Source of the DNA: Opitutia bacterium KCR 482
GTDB lineage: Bacteria; Verrucomicrobiota; Verrucomicrobiia; Opitutales; Intestinicryptomonadaceae
Direction of reading: 5' to 3'
Length of the DNA: 32,000 nucleotides
Assembly (NCBI GenBank): GCA_029269845.2
Contig: CP149973.1
Coordinates: 1,200,001 to 1,232,000, forward strand
Shown here: positions 24,045 through 32,000 of the stretch, piece by piece
Layout of the letters: every line of letters begins with the position of its first letter
Numbering within the stretch: the first letter of the stretch is position 1
Position numbers and translations under genes: made by a program
Notes under the pieces: model-generated
Told to the model about the DNA's origin: nothing
What the model saw: the letters and a program-made list of their open reading frames with translations, nothing else
Database searches by the model: none

Positions 24045-24967
24045 TACGCTATTTCGCAAAACGCCTGCTCGAAGCAGTCCCCGTATTTTTTGCAATTATA
24101 ACCGCGGTGTTCTTCATGGTGCGCTTCGTGCCGGGAGGGCCTTTCGACAGCGAACGCCCCGTTCCGCCCGAAACGCTCGCGGCTCTCGACGAATACTACG
24201 GGCTGAACAAGCCGCTCGTCCGACAGTACGCGTCGTTCCTCGGAAATCTGGCGCGGGGAGAGCTCGGGCCGTCGTTCAAATACGGCGGGTGGAGCGTGGG
24301 GGAAATCCTTGCGGAAAAGGCGGCGGTCTCGCTCGAACTCGGCGCATGCGCGCTGGCGGTTGCGCTCGCTGCGGGGCTTGCGCTCGGCTTTGCGGCGGCG
24401 GCGTTTTCGGGAACGAAATTCGGCGGATTCCTTTCGGGAATGTCGCTGTTGGGAATATGCCTGCCGTCGTTCGTGCTCGGCCCGCTGCTGATTATGATTT
24501 TCGCGATGAAGCTCGAATGGTTCAACGCTATGGGCTGGAACGCGCCGTCGGACATCGTTCTTCCGTCAATCACGCTCGCGTTTTTCTACGCCGCGTGGAT
24601 TGCGCGGCTCGCCCGCAACGGCGCGCTCGACGAACGCCCGCGCGGTTATGTGCGCACGGCTTTCGCAAAGGGGGCGTCGCGCGGGCGCGTGTATTTTGTG
24701 CACATTCTGCGCAACGCGGTGCAGCCCGTGGTGTCGTACCTCGGGCCTGCCGCCGCGGCGTTGCTTACGGGGTCGTTCGTGGTCGAGACAATCTTCCAGA
24801 TTCCGGGACTGGGGCGCTTCTTCATTTCGAGCGCGCTCGACAACGACTACACAATGATTATGGGCTGCGTTATGCTCTATTCGGCGTTCATAATCGGCTT
24901 CAACCTGCTGTCCGACCTCCTGCTTGCGGCGGTCAACCCACGGATAGCGCGGGAGATGAAAAAATGA
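24041..24967 (+). CDS. ABC transporter permease (OppB/DppB-like)
   Basis: 308 aa with an ATGA overlap upstream. The N-terminus MIRYFAKRLLEAVPVFFAIITAVFF is typical of OppB/DppB, and an EAA-like loop (YVRTAFAKGASRGRV) is present. Confidence 0.85.
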   Translation: MIRYFAKRLLEAVPVFFAIITAVFFMVRFVPGGPFDSERPVPPETLAALDEYYGLNKPLVRQYASFLGNLARGELGPSFKYGGWSVGEILAEKAAVSLELGACALAVALAAGLALGFAAAAFSGTKFGGFLSGMSLLGICLPSFVLGPLLIMIFAMKLEWFNAMGWNAPSDIVLPSITLAFFYAAWIARLARNGALDERPRGYVRTAFAKGASRGRVYFVHILRNAVQPVVSYLGPAAAALLTGSFVVETIFQIPGLGRFFISSALDNDYTMIMGCVMLYSAFIIGFNLLSDLLLAAVNPRIAREMKK

Positions 24968-25797
24968 GGCACGGCGCGTTTTCGGACATTATCGGGAACA
25001 TCGCCCGCGACAAAACCGCGCTCGCCTGCGCGGCGTTCATCGCGGTTTCCGTCGCGCTCTGCTTTTGCGCCCCGCTAATCGCCCCCTACCCCTACGAAGA
25101 GCAGAACTTGGCGTTGGGCTGCGCCGCGCCGTCCGCCGCGCACTGGTTCGGCACGGACGAGCTTGGGCGCGACATTCTAAGCAGAATACTCTACGGCGGG
25201 CGCGTATCCTTTGCGGTGGGAATTCTTGCGACGGCGGTCGCCATGTGCGTCGGCGTGTGCTACGGCATGGTTTCGGGCATGGCGGGCGGAAAGACCGACG
25301 CCGCAATGATGCGCTTTGTGGACGCGGTATACTCGCTGCCATTTACGATTTTCGTGATTCTTCTAACGCTCGCGTTCGGCCGCTCGATTTGGCTGATTTT
25401 CGTCGCAATCGGGGCGGTCGAGTGGCTGACGATGGCGCGAATAGTGAGGGGCATCACGCTCGACCTGAAATCGAGGCAGTTTGTGGAGGCGTCCGTCGCG
25501 CTCGGACAGTCGAAAATAAAAATCATGGCGCGACACATTCTGCCGAACGCCTTGGGCTCTATACTCGTCTGCGCGGCGCTCACAGTTCCCAGCGTAATGC
25601 TCTTGGAGGCGTTCCTGAGCTTTCTGGGGCTTGGCGTGCAGGCTCCCCTGCCGTCGTGGGGAAGCCTCGTGAAAGACGGCGCGGAGCACATGGAGGACGC
25701 CCCGTGGCTGCTCGTCTTCCCCGCGTTCTTTTTCGGGGCAACGCTCTACGCGCTCAACCGCATAGGCGAATCGCTTTCGGGAAGGAGCGCAAAATGA
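24964..25797 (+). CDS. ABC transporter permease (OppC/DppC-like)
   Basis: ATG at 24964, inside the longer track ORF, with an ATGA overlap. Contains HWFGTDELGRDILSRILYG and FVEASVALGQSKIKIMARHILPN, both typical of OppC/DppC. Confidence 0.85.
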   Translation: MRHGAFSDIIGNIARDKTALACAAFIAVSVALCFCAPLIAPYPYEEQNLALGCAAPSAAHWFGTDELGRDILSRILYGGRVSFAVGILATAVAMCVGVCYGMVSGMAGGKTDAAMMRFVDAVYSLPFTIFVILLTLAFGRSIWLIFVAIGAVEWLTMARIVRGITLDLKSRQFVEASVALGQSKIKIMARHILPNALGSILVCAALTVPSVMLLEAFLSFLGLGVQAPLPSWGSLVKDGAEHMEDAPWLLVFPAFFFGATLYALNRIGESLSGRSAK

Positions 25798-27041
25798 CGC
25801 GCGTCGCCATAATCGGCGGCGGCGCGGCGGGCATGTTCTGCGCGGCTAACCTTTCGCCCGAATTCGAAACAACCGTCTTCGAAGCGGGAGAATCCGCCCT
25901 GCGCAAGGTCTGCGCGAGCGGCGGCGGACGCTGCAATTTCACGAACGAAAACGCCGATGCGGGCAATCCCGCCGACTTCTACCCGCGCGGCGGCGGAAGC
26001 CTGAAAAAGCCGTTAAAAAGATTCGGCGCGGCGGACGCGCGGAAGTTTTTCGGATCGCTCGGGGTCGAGTCGAAAGTCGAGGACGGCGGGCGCGTGTTCC
26101 CCGTCTGCGACAACGCCCGCGCAATAGCCGGCGCGCTCTACCGCAGGGCGGCGCGCAACGGCGCGAAAATCGAATTTTCCGCCCGCGTTTCATCAATCGA
26201 AAAAAACGCCGACGGACGCCTTGTGCTGAAATACACAGGCGCGGACAAGGAGCCGTTCGACGCGGTAGTGGTGGCGGTCGGCGGAACGTTCGGCGGCGGC
26301 TTGAAAGAGTCGGTCGAAAAGTTCGGCATAAAAACCGTGCCGCCCGTGGCGTCGCTGTTTTCGCTCGAAACGGACACCGCAAAGGACCCCGCTTGGCGCG
26401 GATTGTCCGGAATATCCCTCGACGCCGAGCTTTCGTTCGCCCCCGAAAGCGGGCGCAAGATAGCCTCGCGCGGGTCGCTTCTGATTGCAGGATTCGGAAT
26501 CGGCGGGCCGGCAACGCTCAAATTTTCCTCGTTCGGAGCGCGGGCTTTCGCCGAGAGAAATTACAGGTTCGAGTTCCGCGCAAACTTCGCGCCCGATTTC
26601 AACGAAGCCGCAGTCCGCAAAACGATAGCCGCCGCCCGCGAAAAATTCGCAAAAAGAAAAGTCGCAAACGCGCCGCTCTTCGGAATACCGCAAAAGCTTT
26701 GGGAATACTTGGCTGAAAAATCGGGCGCGGGCGAAACCGTCTTCGCCACCCTGCCTAAAAACGCCGAACGAACGCTTGCCGAAAACGTGTCGGCATTGAA
26801 AATTTCGGCAACGGGGAAGTCGGCGCACAAGGAGGAGTTCGTAATGTGCGGCGGCGTTGACAGAACGGAAATCGACTTCTCGTCGATGATGTCGAAGAAA
26901 GTCGGCGGACTTTTCTTTTGCGGAGAATGCCTCGACATCGACGCAATCACGGGCGGATTCAACTTGCAGGCGGCGTGGACTGAGGCGAAAATCTGCGCCG
27001 ATTTCATCAACGAAAAATTCGACCAATGCGCAAGTAAATGA
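25794..27041 (+). CDS. HI0933/BaiN-family NAD(P)/FAD-dependent flavoprotein
   Basis: ATG at 25794 with an ATGA overlap. Contains VAIIGGGAAGMFCA (GxGxxG), SGGGRCNFTN, and C-terminal ITGGFNLQAAW. Confidence 0.85.
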   Translation: MTRVAIIGGGAAGMFCAANLSPEFETTVFEAGESALRKVCASGGGRCNFTNENADAGNPADFYPRGGGSLKKPLKRFGAADARKFFGSLGVESKVEDGGRVFPVCDNARAIAGALYRRAARNGAKIEFSARVSSIEKNADGRLVLKYTGADKEPFDAVVVAVGGTFGGGLKESVEKFGIKTVPPVASLFSLETDTAKDPAWRGLSGISLDAELSFAPESGRKIASRGSLLIAGFGIGGPATLKFSSFGARAFAERNYRFEFRANFAPDFNEAAVRKTIAAAREKFAKRKVANAPLFGIPQKLWEYLAEKSGAGETVFATLPKNAERTLAENVSALKISATGKSAHKEEFVMCGGVDRTEIDFSSMMSKKVGGLFFCGECLDIDAITGGFNLQAAWTEAKICADFINEKFDQCASK

Positions 27042-27142
27042 AAATCAGTTAAATATTTTTTCAACAAAAAGCTTGATTTCGGACGCAAAATTTACGACTA
27101 TAACATCATAAAGAATTTCCTCCCCCCATCATATATAGATAG

Positions 27143-27181
27143 CGCGGCTTGAAGAACAACACTTCAAGCCGCGTCTTTTTT
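27143..27181 (+). terminator. strong Rho-independent terminator
   Basis: 12-bp perfect stem cgcggcttgaag-aacaaca-cttcaagccgcg, followed by tcTTTTTT. It lies about 100 nt downstream of the flavoprotein stop. Confidence 0.8.
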
Positions 27182-27319
27182 GTATTACAGCCACCGCGCA
27201 AAAACGCATTTGTTTCCGCCCGCGCCGAAATAGCTGGAAAAATTTTCCGAAAGCTGAAATCATACGCGGAAAAATTTTATGCCGCCGGGCGCGCGGCAAA
27301 ACAACCACTCCCACTCCAT

Positions 27320-27931
27320 ATGGAAGACAAAAAACCCAACCTTCTGAAAAGACTTTATAACTGGACAATCTCCTGGGCGGAAAAGCCTCAGGGGCTTTGG
27401 GCTTTGGCGATTCTCTCGTTCGCGGAATCGTCGTTCTTTCCGATTCCGCCGGACGTTCTGCTGATTCCGCTGGTGTTCGGCGCGCCTAAAAAGTGGTGGA
27501 GAATCGCGGCGGTCTGCACGGCGGCGTCGGTTCTGGGTGGCGTTTTCGGCTGGTGCATCGGGCACGCGGCGTGGGGGGCTACGCAGTCGTTTTTCTTCGA
27601 TTACATTCCGGGATTCACGCACGAGAATTTCGAATTCGTGGAGCAAAGCTACCAGAACAACGCATTTCTCGCGATTTTCGGCGCGGCGCTCACGCCCATT
27701 CCCTACAAAATATTCACGATTGCCGCAGGCGTCTGCAACGTGCCGATTGCGACTCTCGTTCTTGCGTCGCTGGTCGGGCGCGGCGGGCGCTTCTTTGCGG
27801 TCGCGCTCATCGTGCGCATCGTAGGCCCGAAGGCGCGGGACTTTATAGACAAATATTTCAACATTCTTGCGAGCGCGTTTTTCGTGCTGTTGGTGCTCGG
27901 ATTCGTCGCGGTAAAATACCTTATGAAATAG
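27320..27931 (+). CDS. YqaA/DedA-type (VTT domain) inner-membrane protein
   Basis: The in-frame ATG at 27320 gives MEDKKPNLLKRLYNW. The motif SFAESSFFPIPPDVLLIP is characteristic of YqaA-like proteins. Several TM segments are present. Confidence 0.8.
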   Translation: MEDKKPNLLKRLYNWTISWAEKPQGLWALAILSFAESSFFPIPPDVLLIPLVFGAPKKWWRIAAVCTAASVLGGVFGWCIGHAAWGATQSFFFDYIPGFTHENFEFVEQSYQNNAFLAIFGAALTPIPYKIFTIAAGVCNVPIATLVLASLVGRGGRFFAVALIVRIVGPKARDFIDKYFNILASAFFVLLVLGFVAVKYLMK

Positions 27932-28000
27932 GCGCGGCGGAATCGGCTTGGGCTCGCTTTTTTCTTGTATAGCGCGGACAATTCCGCATAAATTTCGGAC

Positions 28001-28783
28001 ATGAAAAAATCACTTGTCCTCGGCATAGACATCGGCGGTTCGGGCGTAAAAGGCGGAATTGTCGACATCAAAAAGGGCGAACTTGTCGGAGAACGCATGA
28101 GGATTCCGACGCCGAAATCGCACGAGCCGAAACTCGTTGTTGACGCGGTTTCGCAAATTGCAAAATCTTTCAACTGGAACGGAATCATCGGCTGCGGATT
28201 TCCGGGGGTGATACGCTCGCAAATCGTGGAGACCGCGGCGAACCTCGGCGGCAAAAAATTCGTGGGGACAAACCTCGCGCAGTTAATCGGCGAAGCGTGC
28301 GGCTGCGAAGCGTGGATTATCAACGACGCCGACGCCGCGGGACTCGCGGAAGTCAAATACGGCGCGGGGAAAGGCCGCGACGGCGCAATTCTCATGCTCA
28401 CCGTGGGAACGGGAATCGGAACCGCGCTCTTCACCGGCGGACACCTCGTTCCCAACCTCGAATTCGGACACCTTAAAATGCGCGACAAAGCCTCGTCAAA
28501 AAACGTCGATGCCGAAAAGCTCTACTCCGACGCCGTGCGCAAAAAGCGCGACTACACTTGGCGCATCTGGGCGGAACGCTTCAACAAATACCTGCAATAC
28601 GTCCACGCTCTTTGCTGGCCCGACCTCATGATAATCGGCGGCGGCGCGGCGGCGAAAAGCGACAAATTCATGAAGTACATCGACGTCGAGTGCGACATCG
28701 TCTGCGCGAAGCTCGAAAACCGCGCGGGGATAATCGGCGCGGCGTACATGGCGTCGAAAATGCTAAAAAACAAAAAGCTCTAA
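28001..28783 (+). CDS. ppgK: ROK-family sugar kinase, polyphosphate-glucokinase-like
   Basis: 260 aa. Contains GIDIGGSGVKGGIVD, INDADAAGLAE and GTGIGTALF. The short length and N-terminal pattern fit PpgK-type ROK kinases. The gene symbol is tentative. Confidence 0.7.
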   Translation: MKKSLVLGIDIGGSGVKGGIVDIKKGELVGERMRIPTPKSHEPKLVVDAVSQIAKSFNWNGIIGCGFPGVIRSQIVETAANLGGKKFVGTNLAQLIGEACGCEAWIINDADAAGLAEVKYGAGKGRDGAILMLTVGTGIGTALFTGGHLVPNLEFGHLKMRDKASSKNVDAEKLYSDAVRKKRDYTWRIWAERFNKYLQYVHALCWPDLMIIGGGAAAKSDKFMKYIDVECDIVCAKLENRAGIIGAAYMASKMLKNKKL

Positions 28784-28808
28784 ACTGCGTTTTGCGGAAT
28801 CGCAAAAA

Positions 28809-28843
28809 AGCGGCGCGGCGGAATTTTTCGACGCGCCGCTTTT
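28809..28843. terminator. bidirectional terminator between convergent genes
   Basis: agcggcgcg-(14-nt loop)-cgcgccgct with an A-run upstream and TTT downstream. A second small hairpin, ttttgcg-gaat-cgcaaaa, lies at 28790-28807. Confidence 0.55.
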
Positions 28844-28879
28844 GCTTTGCCGAAATGCGTCGGCAAGCCCGCATAGCCG

Positions 28880-30004
28880 CTACACTTTCAAAAAAATCTT
28901 CCGTCTGAACATAAACAAAAGCAGGCAGAAAATTATCGCGTACTGGCAAAAATTGATAAGAAGCGGGTAGTAGTTCACGCCGCCGACAAGCAGAAACGGC
29001 TTTAAGCCGTAAAGCAGCGATTCGGGAATCGAGCGGAAATTCACCACCGCCGAAACCACATACGCAAAAATCGAATTCATGCCGTACATTTTCAGCCACG
29101 CGAGGCTTTTGAGCCAGCCCCTGCAATCGACGGCGTAGTGAAAAAACGCCATTGCGAGCATGCACAAACCGCCGCTGTAAAGGGTCATGGAGCTTGACCA
29201 AATCTTTTTGATAATCGGCATCTGCAAGCCAAGCAGCAGCCCTGCGGCAATCAGCGCGAGCGACAGGGCGAACATTTTTTTCGCGTTTCCCGCCTTGTCT
29301 TCGCCCGTCATGATAACGCCCGCAAACGCCCCCAACATCACCGTTGCCGCAAAGTTGAGCGAGCTTACAATCCAAGTGTAATGGTAGTATTTGCTGAACG
29401 ACCATTCGCCGTTCGACCACGACACGCCGTCGCGCCACCTTCCGAGAACCGCCCTGTCTACGCGTTCGGCGAAATTTCCGTCGGGCGTAAAATCTCCGCC
29501 GAAAGTGAGCATCAGCCAATACGCGGCGAACAGAAGCGCGAACACCGCAACGCGCCCGCGCGTCTTGAAGTTCAGAAACACAATCGCGGTTATGAAATAG
29601 CCCGCGCCGATTGCTTGAAGCGTGTTCGAGTAAAGCCTGAACCTGTGGACGTCGAGAGACAGCAAGCCGCCCTGCACAACCATTCCCAAAACGAAAAGAA
29701 GCAAAACGCGCCTGAAAATCCGCAAGTACGACTTAAACGACGTGTCGTACTTGCGCAGCGAAAACGGAATCGCCGCGCCCGTCATGAAAAGGAAGAGCGG
29801 CATTATGACGTCATAAAAGCTGAAGCCCTCCCACGCGCAGTGCGAAAGCTGCGTTTTCAGAAATCCGCCGACAGCCGTTTGGGCGAGCGCGGTTTTAGAG
29901 ATAATCCAAATAAACAGCGGTTCGAGCGCGACCAAAAAAAATATGTCCAAGCCCCGCAGAATGTCGAGCGAGTCGAGGCGTTTTGAAAGTTGCGAGTTTT
30001 GCAT
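28880..30004 (-). CDS. polytopic membrane acyltransferase-like protein (DUF5009 / HGSNAT-like)
   Basis: 374 aa with ATG at 30004-30002. The N-terminal RLDSLDILRGLDIFFLV motif and about 10-11 TM segments are typical of this family. It lies 30 nt downstream of, and in the same direction as, the esterase gene. Confidence 0.6.
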   Translation of the reverse strand: MQNSQLSKRLDSLDILRGLDIFFLVALEPLFIWIISKTALAQTAVGGFLKTQLSHCAWEGFSFYDVIMPLFLFMTGAAIPFSLRKYDTSFKSYLRIFRRVLLLFVLGMVVQGGLLSLDVHRFRLYSNTLQAIGAGYFITAIVFLNFKTRGRVAVFALLFAAYWLMLTFGGDFTPDGNFAERVDRAVLGRWRDGVSWSNGEWSFSKYYHYTWIVSSLNFAATVMLGAFAGVIMTGEDKAGNAKKMFALSLALIAAGLLLGLQMPIIKKIWSSSMTLYSGGLCMLAMAFFHYAVDCRGWLKSLAWLKMYGMNSIFAYVVSAVVNFRSIPESLLYGLKPFLLVGGVNYYPLLINFCQYAIIFCLLLFMFRRKIFLKV

Positions 30005-30034
30005 TTTCCTTCTCCTTTCGGGTTTGCGGCGCGT

Positions 30035-31393
30035 CTACCAAGTCGACTTTGGGTCAACCGTCATACGGACTTTCGGCGACGACTTCTTCACCTCGTCAAC
30101 CGCCCATTTTTGAACAGTCTGCCATGTGCCAGCGGCGGGCATGTGGCGCGCCTCTTCGTTCGTCCAGAGCCGCTTTTCGCCCTTGATGTTGTTGTAGGCG
30201 GCGTAGCTTGAAGTCGGCTCGCAGACGTCGTCGGCAAAGTTTATGAGGTACATTGTCTTTCCCTTGATGCGGGCGGCGAAATTCACGGCGTCTACATAGC
30301 GGGCGGATTCAACGGCGACTTTGTTGTAGTTGCCGTTTTTGTCGAGCTTTGTGTAGTGGGGCCAGCCCGAAGTTCTGCCCGCGACGGGGCCGCTGTGGTC
30401 GCATATCGCGGGATAGCCCGCAACGACAATCGACACGCGGGAGTCCAAGCCGCCCATGGCGAGCGCCTGCCCGCCGCCCTGGCTTCCGCCGCAAACGACG
30501 AGGTTTTTGCCGTCCCACTGCGGTTGGGCGACAACAAAGTCTATCGCGCGCATGTCGCGCATGAAAAGCGTGCGGAAGAAAAGCCCGTCGCGGTCTTTCC
30601 AGTCGCCTATGTGGTAGTTTTTGAGCGCGCCCGCTTTGAGGTCTTTGTAGAATTGCGCGGGCTTGCCGTTGGGAAGCCCGTTTGCGTTGAAGTCGAACGC
30701 GAGAAATCCGCGCTTCGCCCACGCCACGACCCCATTGAAGCTCGAACCTCTCACGCCCCAGCCGTGGGTTGTGATGATTGCAGGCAGCGTCCCCTTTTCG
30801 GCGTTTTCGGGGTACGCCAAGTAGCCGCTGAGCTTGCCGTTGAAAGTGTCCGCCTGAATGTCGAAAACCTTTATTCCGCCGACCGACTTCACGAAAGTCG
30901 CCTTGGCGTTTGCGGGAATTGCCGCAAGGATTTTCTTTTGCTTCGCCCAGTATGCGTCGAAGTCGTCGGGCGCGGGGAGGCTCGGCTTGATTTTAAGCGG
31001 CTCGAAAGCCGCGCCCGCGAGCATATCGACGGCCTTCTTTTTGCCGTCGGCAAGGGGGATTTCGGCGCGCATGCGGCACTTCAAAAAGCCCGCCTCGGAA
31101 AGTTTGCCCGACGCCCTGAACACGCCCTTTTTCGTCTTGCCCTGCGACGTGTTGCCCATGTTCACGGTGTCTTTTGTGATTTCGGAGCGCACGTCGATTC
31201 CGTCGACGGGTTTGCCGTCTTTCGTGATATAGAGGGCGAACTGGGCGGTGTCGCCTATTTTGTATTCGGAACCGTCCTTGACGGCTTTCAGGCGGAGCGT
31301 GTAGCCGCCCTCGGTTTTGGTTTCGGCAAAAAGCGACGCGCAGAGCAACGCCGCAAACGCCGCCGCAAAAGTTTTAAACGCAAATTTAAGCAT
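30035..31393 (-). CDS. secreted acetyl xylan esterase family protein (CE7, AXE1-like) with an N-terminal beta-sandwich extension
   Basis: 452 aa with ATG at 31393-31391. Signal peptide MLKFAFKTFAAAFAALLCASLFA. Contains DDFDAYWAKQ (an AXE1 N-terminal motif shared with the 13673 paralog, which reads ADFDAFWQRQ), the nucleophile VCGGSQGGGQA, and the Asp region FADDVCEP. Confidence 0.75.
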   Translation of the reverse strand: MLKFAFKTFAAAFAALLCASLFAETKTEGGYTLRLKAVKDGSEYKIGDTAQFALYITKDGKPVDGIDVRSEITKDTVNMGNTSQGKTKKGVFRASGKLSEAGFLKCRMRAEIPLADGKKKAVDMLAGAAFEPLKIKPSLPAPDDFDAYWAKQKKILAAIPANAKATFVKSVGGIKVFDIQADTFNGKLSGYLAYPENAEKGTLPAIITTHGWGVRGSSFNGVVAWAKRGFLAFDFNANGLPNGKPAQFYKDLKAGALKNYHIGDWKDRDGLFFRTLFMRDMRAIDFVVAQPQWDGKNLVVCGGSQGGGQALAMGGLDSRVSIVVAGYPAICDHSGPVAGRTSGWPHYTKLDKNGNYNKVAVESARYVDAVNFAARIKGKTMYLINFADDVCEPTSSYAAYNNIKGEKRLWTNEEARHMPAAGTWQTVQKWAVDEVKKSSPKVRMTVDPKSTW

Positions 31394-31509
31394 GACAGTT
31401 TTTTATTCGATTCAAACACCGGAAACCGCTCATCGCGGACTCCCCCAAATACGAGACGGAAAGTACCGCAACGTTCCGCCAATGTCAAGGCGGAAAAAGC
31501 TTAACTTCC

Positions 31510-31539
31510 TTGACAACGCAAGCCGCTAAAAAATATAAT
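31510..31539 (+). promoter_or_regulatory. consensus sigma70-type promoter for nadA
   Basis: TTGACA (31510-31515), an 18-nt spacer, then TATAAT (31534-31539), 25 nt upstream of the nadA ATG. Confidence 0.55.
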
Positions 31540-31563
31540 TCCGCGCTTTAACAATAACAGACA

Positions 31564-32000
31564 ATGCAAGCAATAGTCTTCCCGCCCTACGAAAACTGCG
31601 ACAAACCGCAGCTTTCGGACGTACAGAAAAAAATTCTGGAGCTCAAAGAAAAGCGCAACGCCGTAATTCTGGCGCACAACTATGTGTGCGACGAAATCCA
31701 GCAGATAGCCGACTATGTGGGCGACTCGCTCGGACTCTCGCGCGAGGCGAAGAAAACCGACGCCGACGTCATAGCGTTCGCGGGCGTAGACTTCATGGCG
31801 GAAACCGCGAAAATCCTCAACCCCGACAAGACCGTCGTCCTCCCCGACCACGCCGCGGGCTGCACCCTCGAAGAGCTTTGCCACCCCGCCGAGCTTGCCG
31901 TCTTCAAGCGCGAGCACCCGAACGCGATAGTGATTTCCTACATTAATTGCAGCGCGGGCGTAAAGGAGCTGAGCGACATAATCTGCACAAGCGGCAACGC
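31564..32000 (+). CDS. nadA: quinolinate synthase NadA (5' part; continues past the window end)
   Basis: ATG at 31564. The peptide ..[73 protein letters not shown] is a very typical NadA N-terminal region. It is missing from the track because it has no stop in the window. Confidence 0.9.
   Translation, partial: MQAIVFPPYENCDKPQLSDVQKKILELKEKRNAVILAHNYVCDEIQQIADYVGDSLGLSREAKKTDADVIAFAGVDFMAETAKILNPDKTVVLPDHAAGCTLEELCHPAELAVFKREHPNAIVISYINCSAGVKELSDIICTSGN

Noticed and set aside
27095-27135. A minus-strand mini-ORF with a perfect Shine-Dalgarno sequence (GGGGGGAGGAAATTCTTT ATG ATG TTA TAG), considered as a leader peptide.
   Set aside because: It has only three codons, and downstream on that strand is the antisense of the flavoprotein gene, so there is nothing to regulate. 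The C-run is better read on the plus strand (see the sRNA candidate finding).
1-32000. Search for CRISPR arrays, rRNA, IS elements with terminal inverted repeats, and long tandem repeats.
   Set aside because: I found no regularly spaced direct repeats, no rRNA-like sequence, no transposase-like ORF and no tandem repeat longer than the short motifs already listed.

Overview
This is a GC-rich chromosome segment (by eye about 60% G+C or more) of Gram-negative type, judged from an OprB-like porin and lipobox lipoproteins. I cannot name the taxon.

Left third (1 to about 12390): this looks like accreted mobile DNA lying against the 3' end of a tRNA-Ser(UGA)/tRNA-Ile2(CAU) pair. In order it contains:
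- a minus-strand operon of one fibre-like protein followed by three signal-peptide proteins (1-2618);
- a decayed plus-strand gene with one frameshift and one in-frame TAA (2742-3895);
- a densely structured RNA region of GNRA-capped hairpins, ending in an intrinsic terminator that abuts the RBS of a membrane-anchored orphan gene (3944-4650);
- a three-gene recombinase operon (4745-7197);
- a sharply AT-rich Type III restriction-modification cassette, mod-res (7350-11599), whose res stop codon overlaps the start of a third, unrecognised 3-TM membrane protein gene (11596-12087). This is my best candidate for an undescribed accessory or effector.

Right two thirds (12.7-32 kb): this looks like core genome. 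It holds:
- a YfgM-like TPR protein;
- two secreted CE7-type acetyl-xylan-esterase-like paralogs;
- a polytopic permease, an OprB-type porin and a metallophosphoesterase;
- tRNA-Ser(GCU) and a GNAT acetyltransferase;
- an eight-gene, start/stop-overlapping operon joining a response-regulator-PP2C phosphatase and an RsbW-like kinase to an Opp/Dpp-type peptide ABC importer and a HI0933-type flavoprotein;
- a YqaA/DedA-type membrane protein, a polyphosphate-glucokinase-like ROK kinase, and a DUF5009/HGSNAT-like acyltransferase;
- the 5' part of nadA behind a consensus sigma70-type promoter.

I saw no CRISPR array, rRNA or IS element. Many long Arg/Ala/Val-rich ORFs in the track are antisense shadows of GC-rich genes and were rejected.
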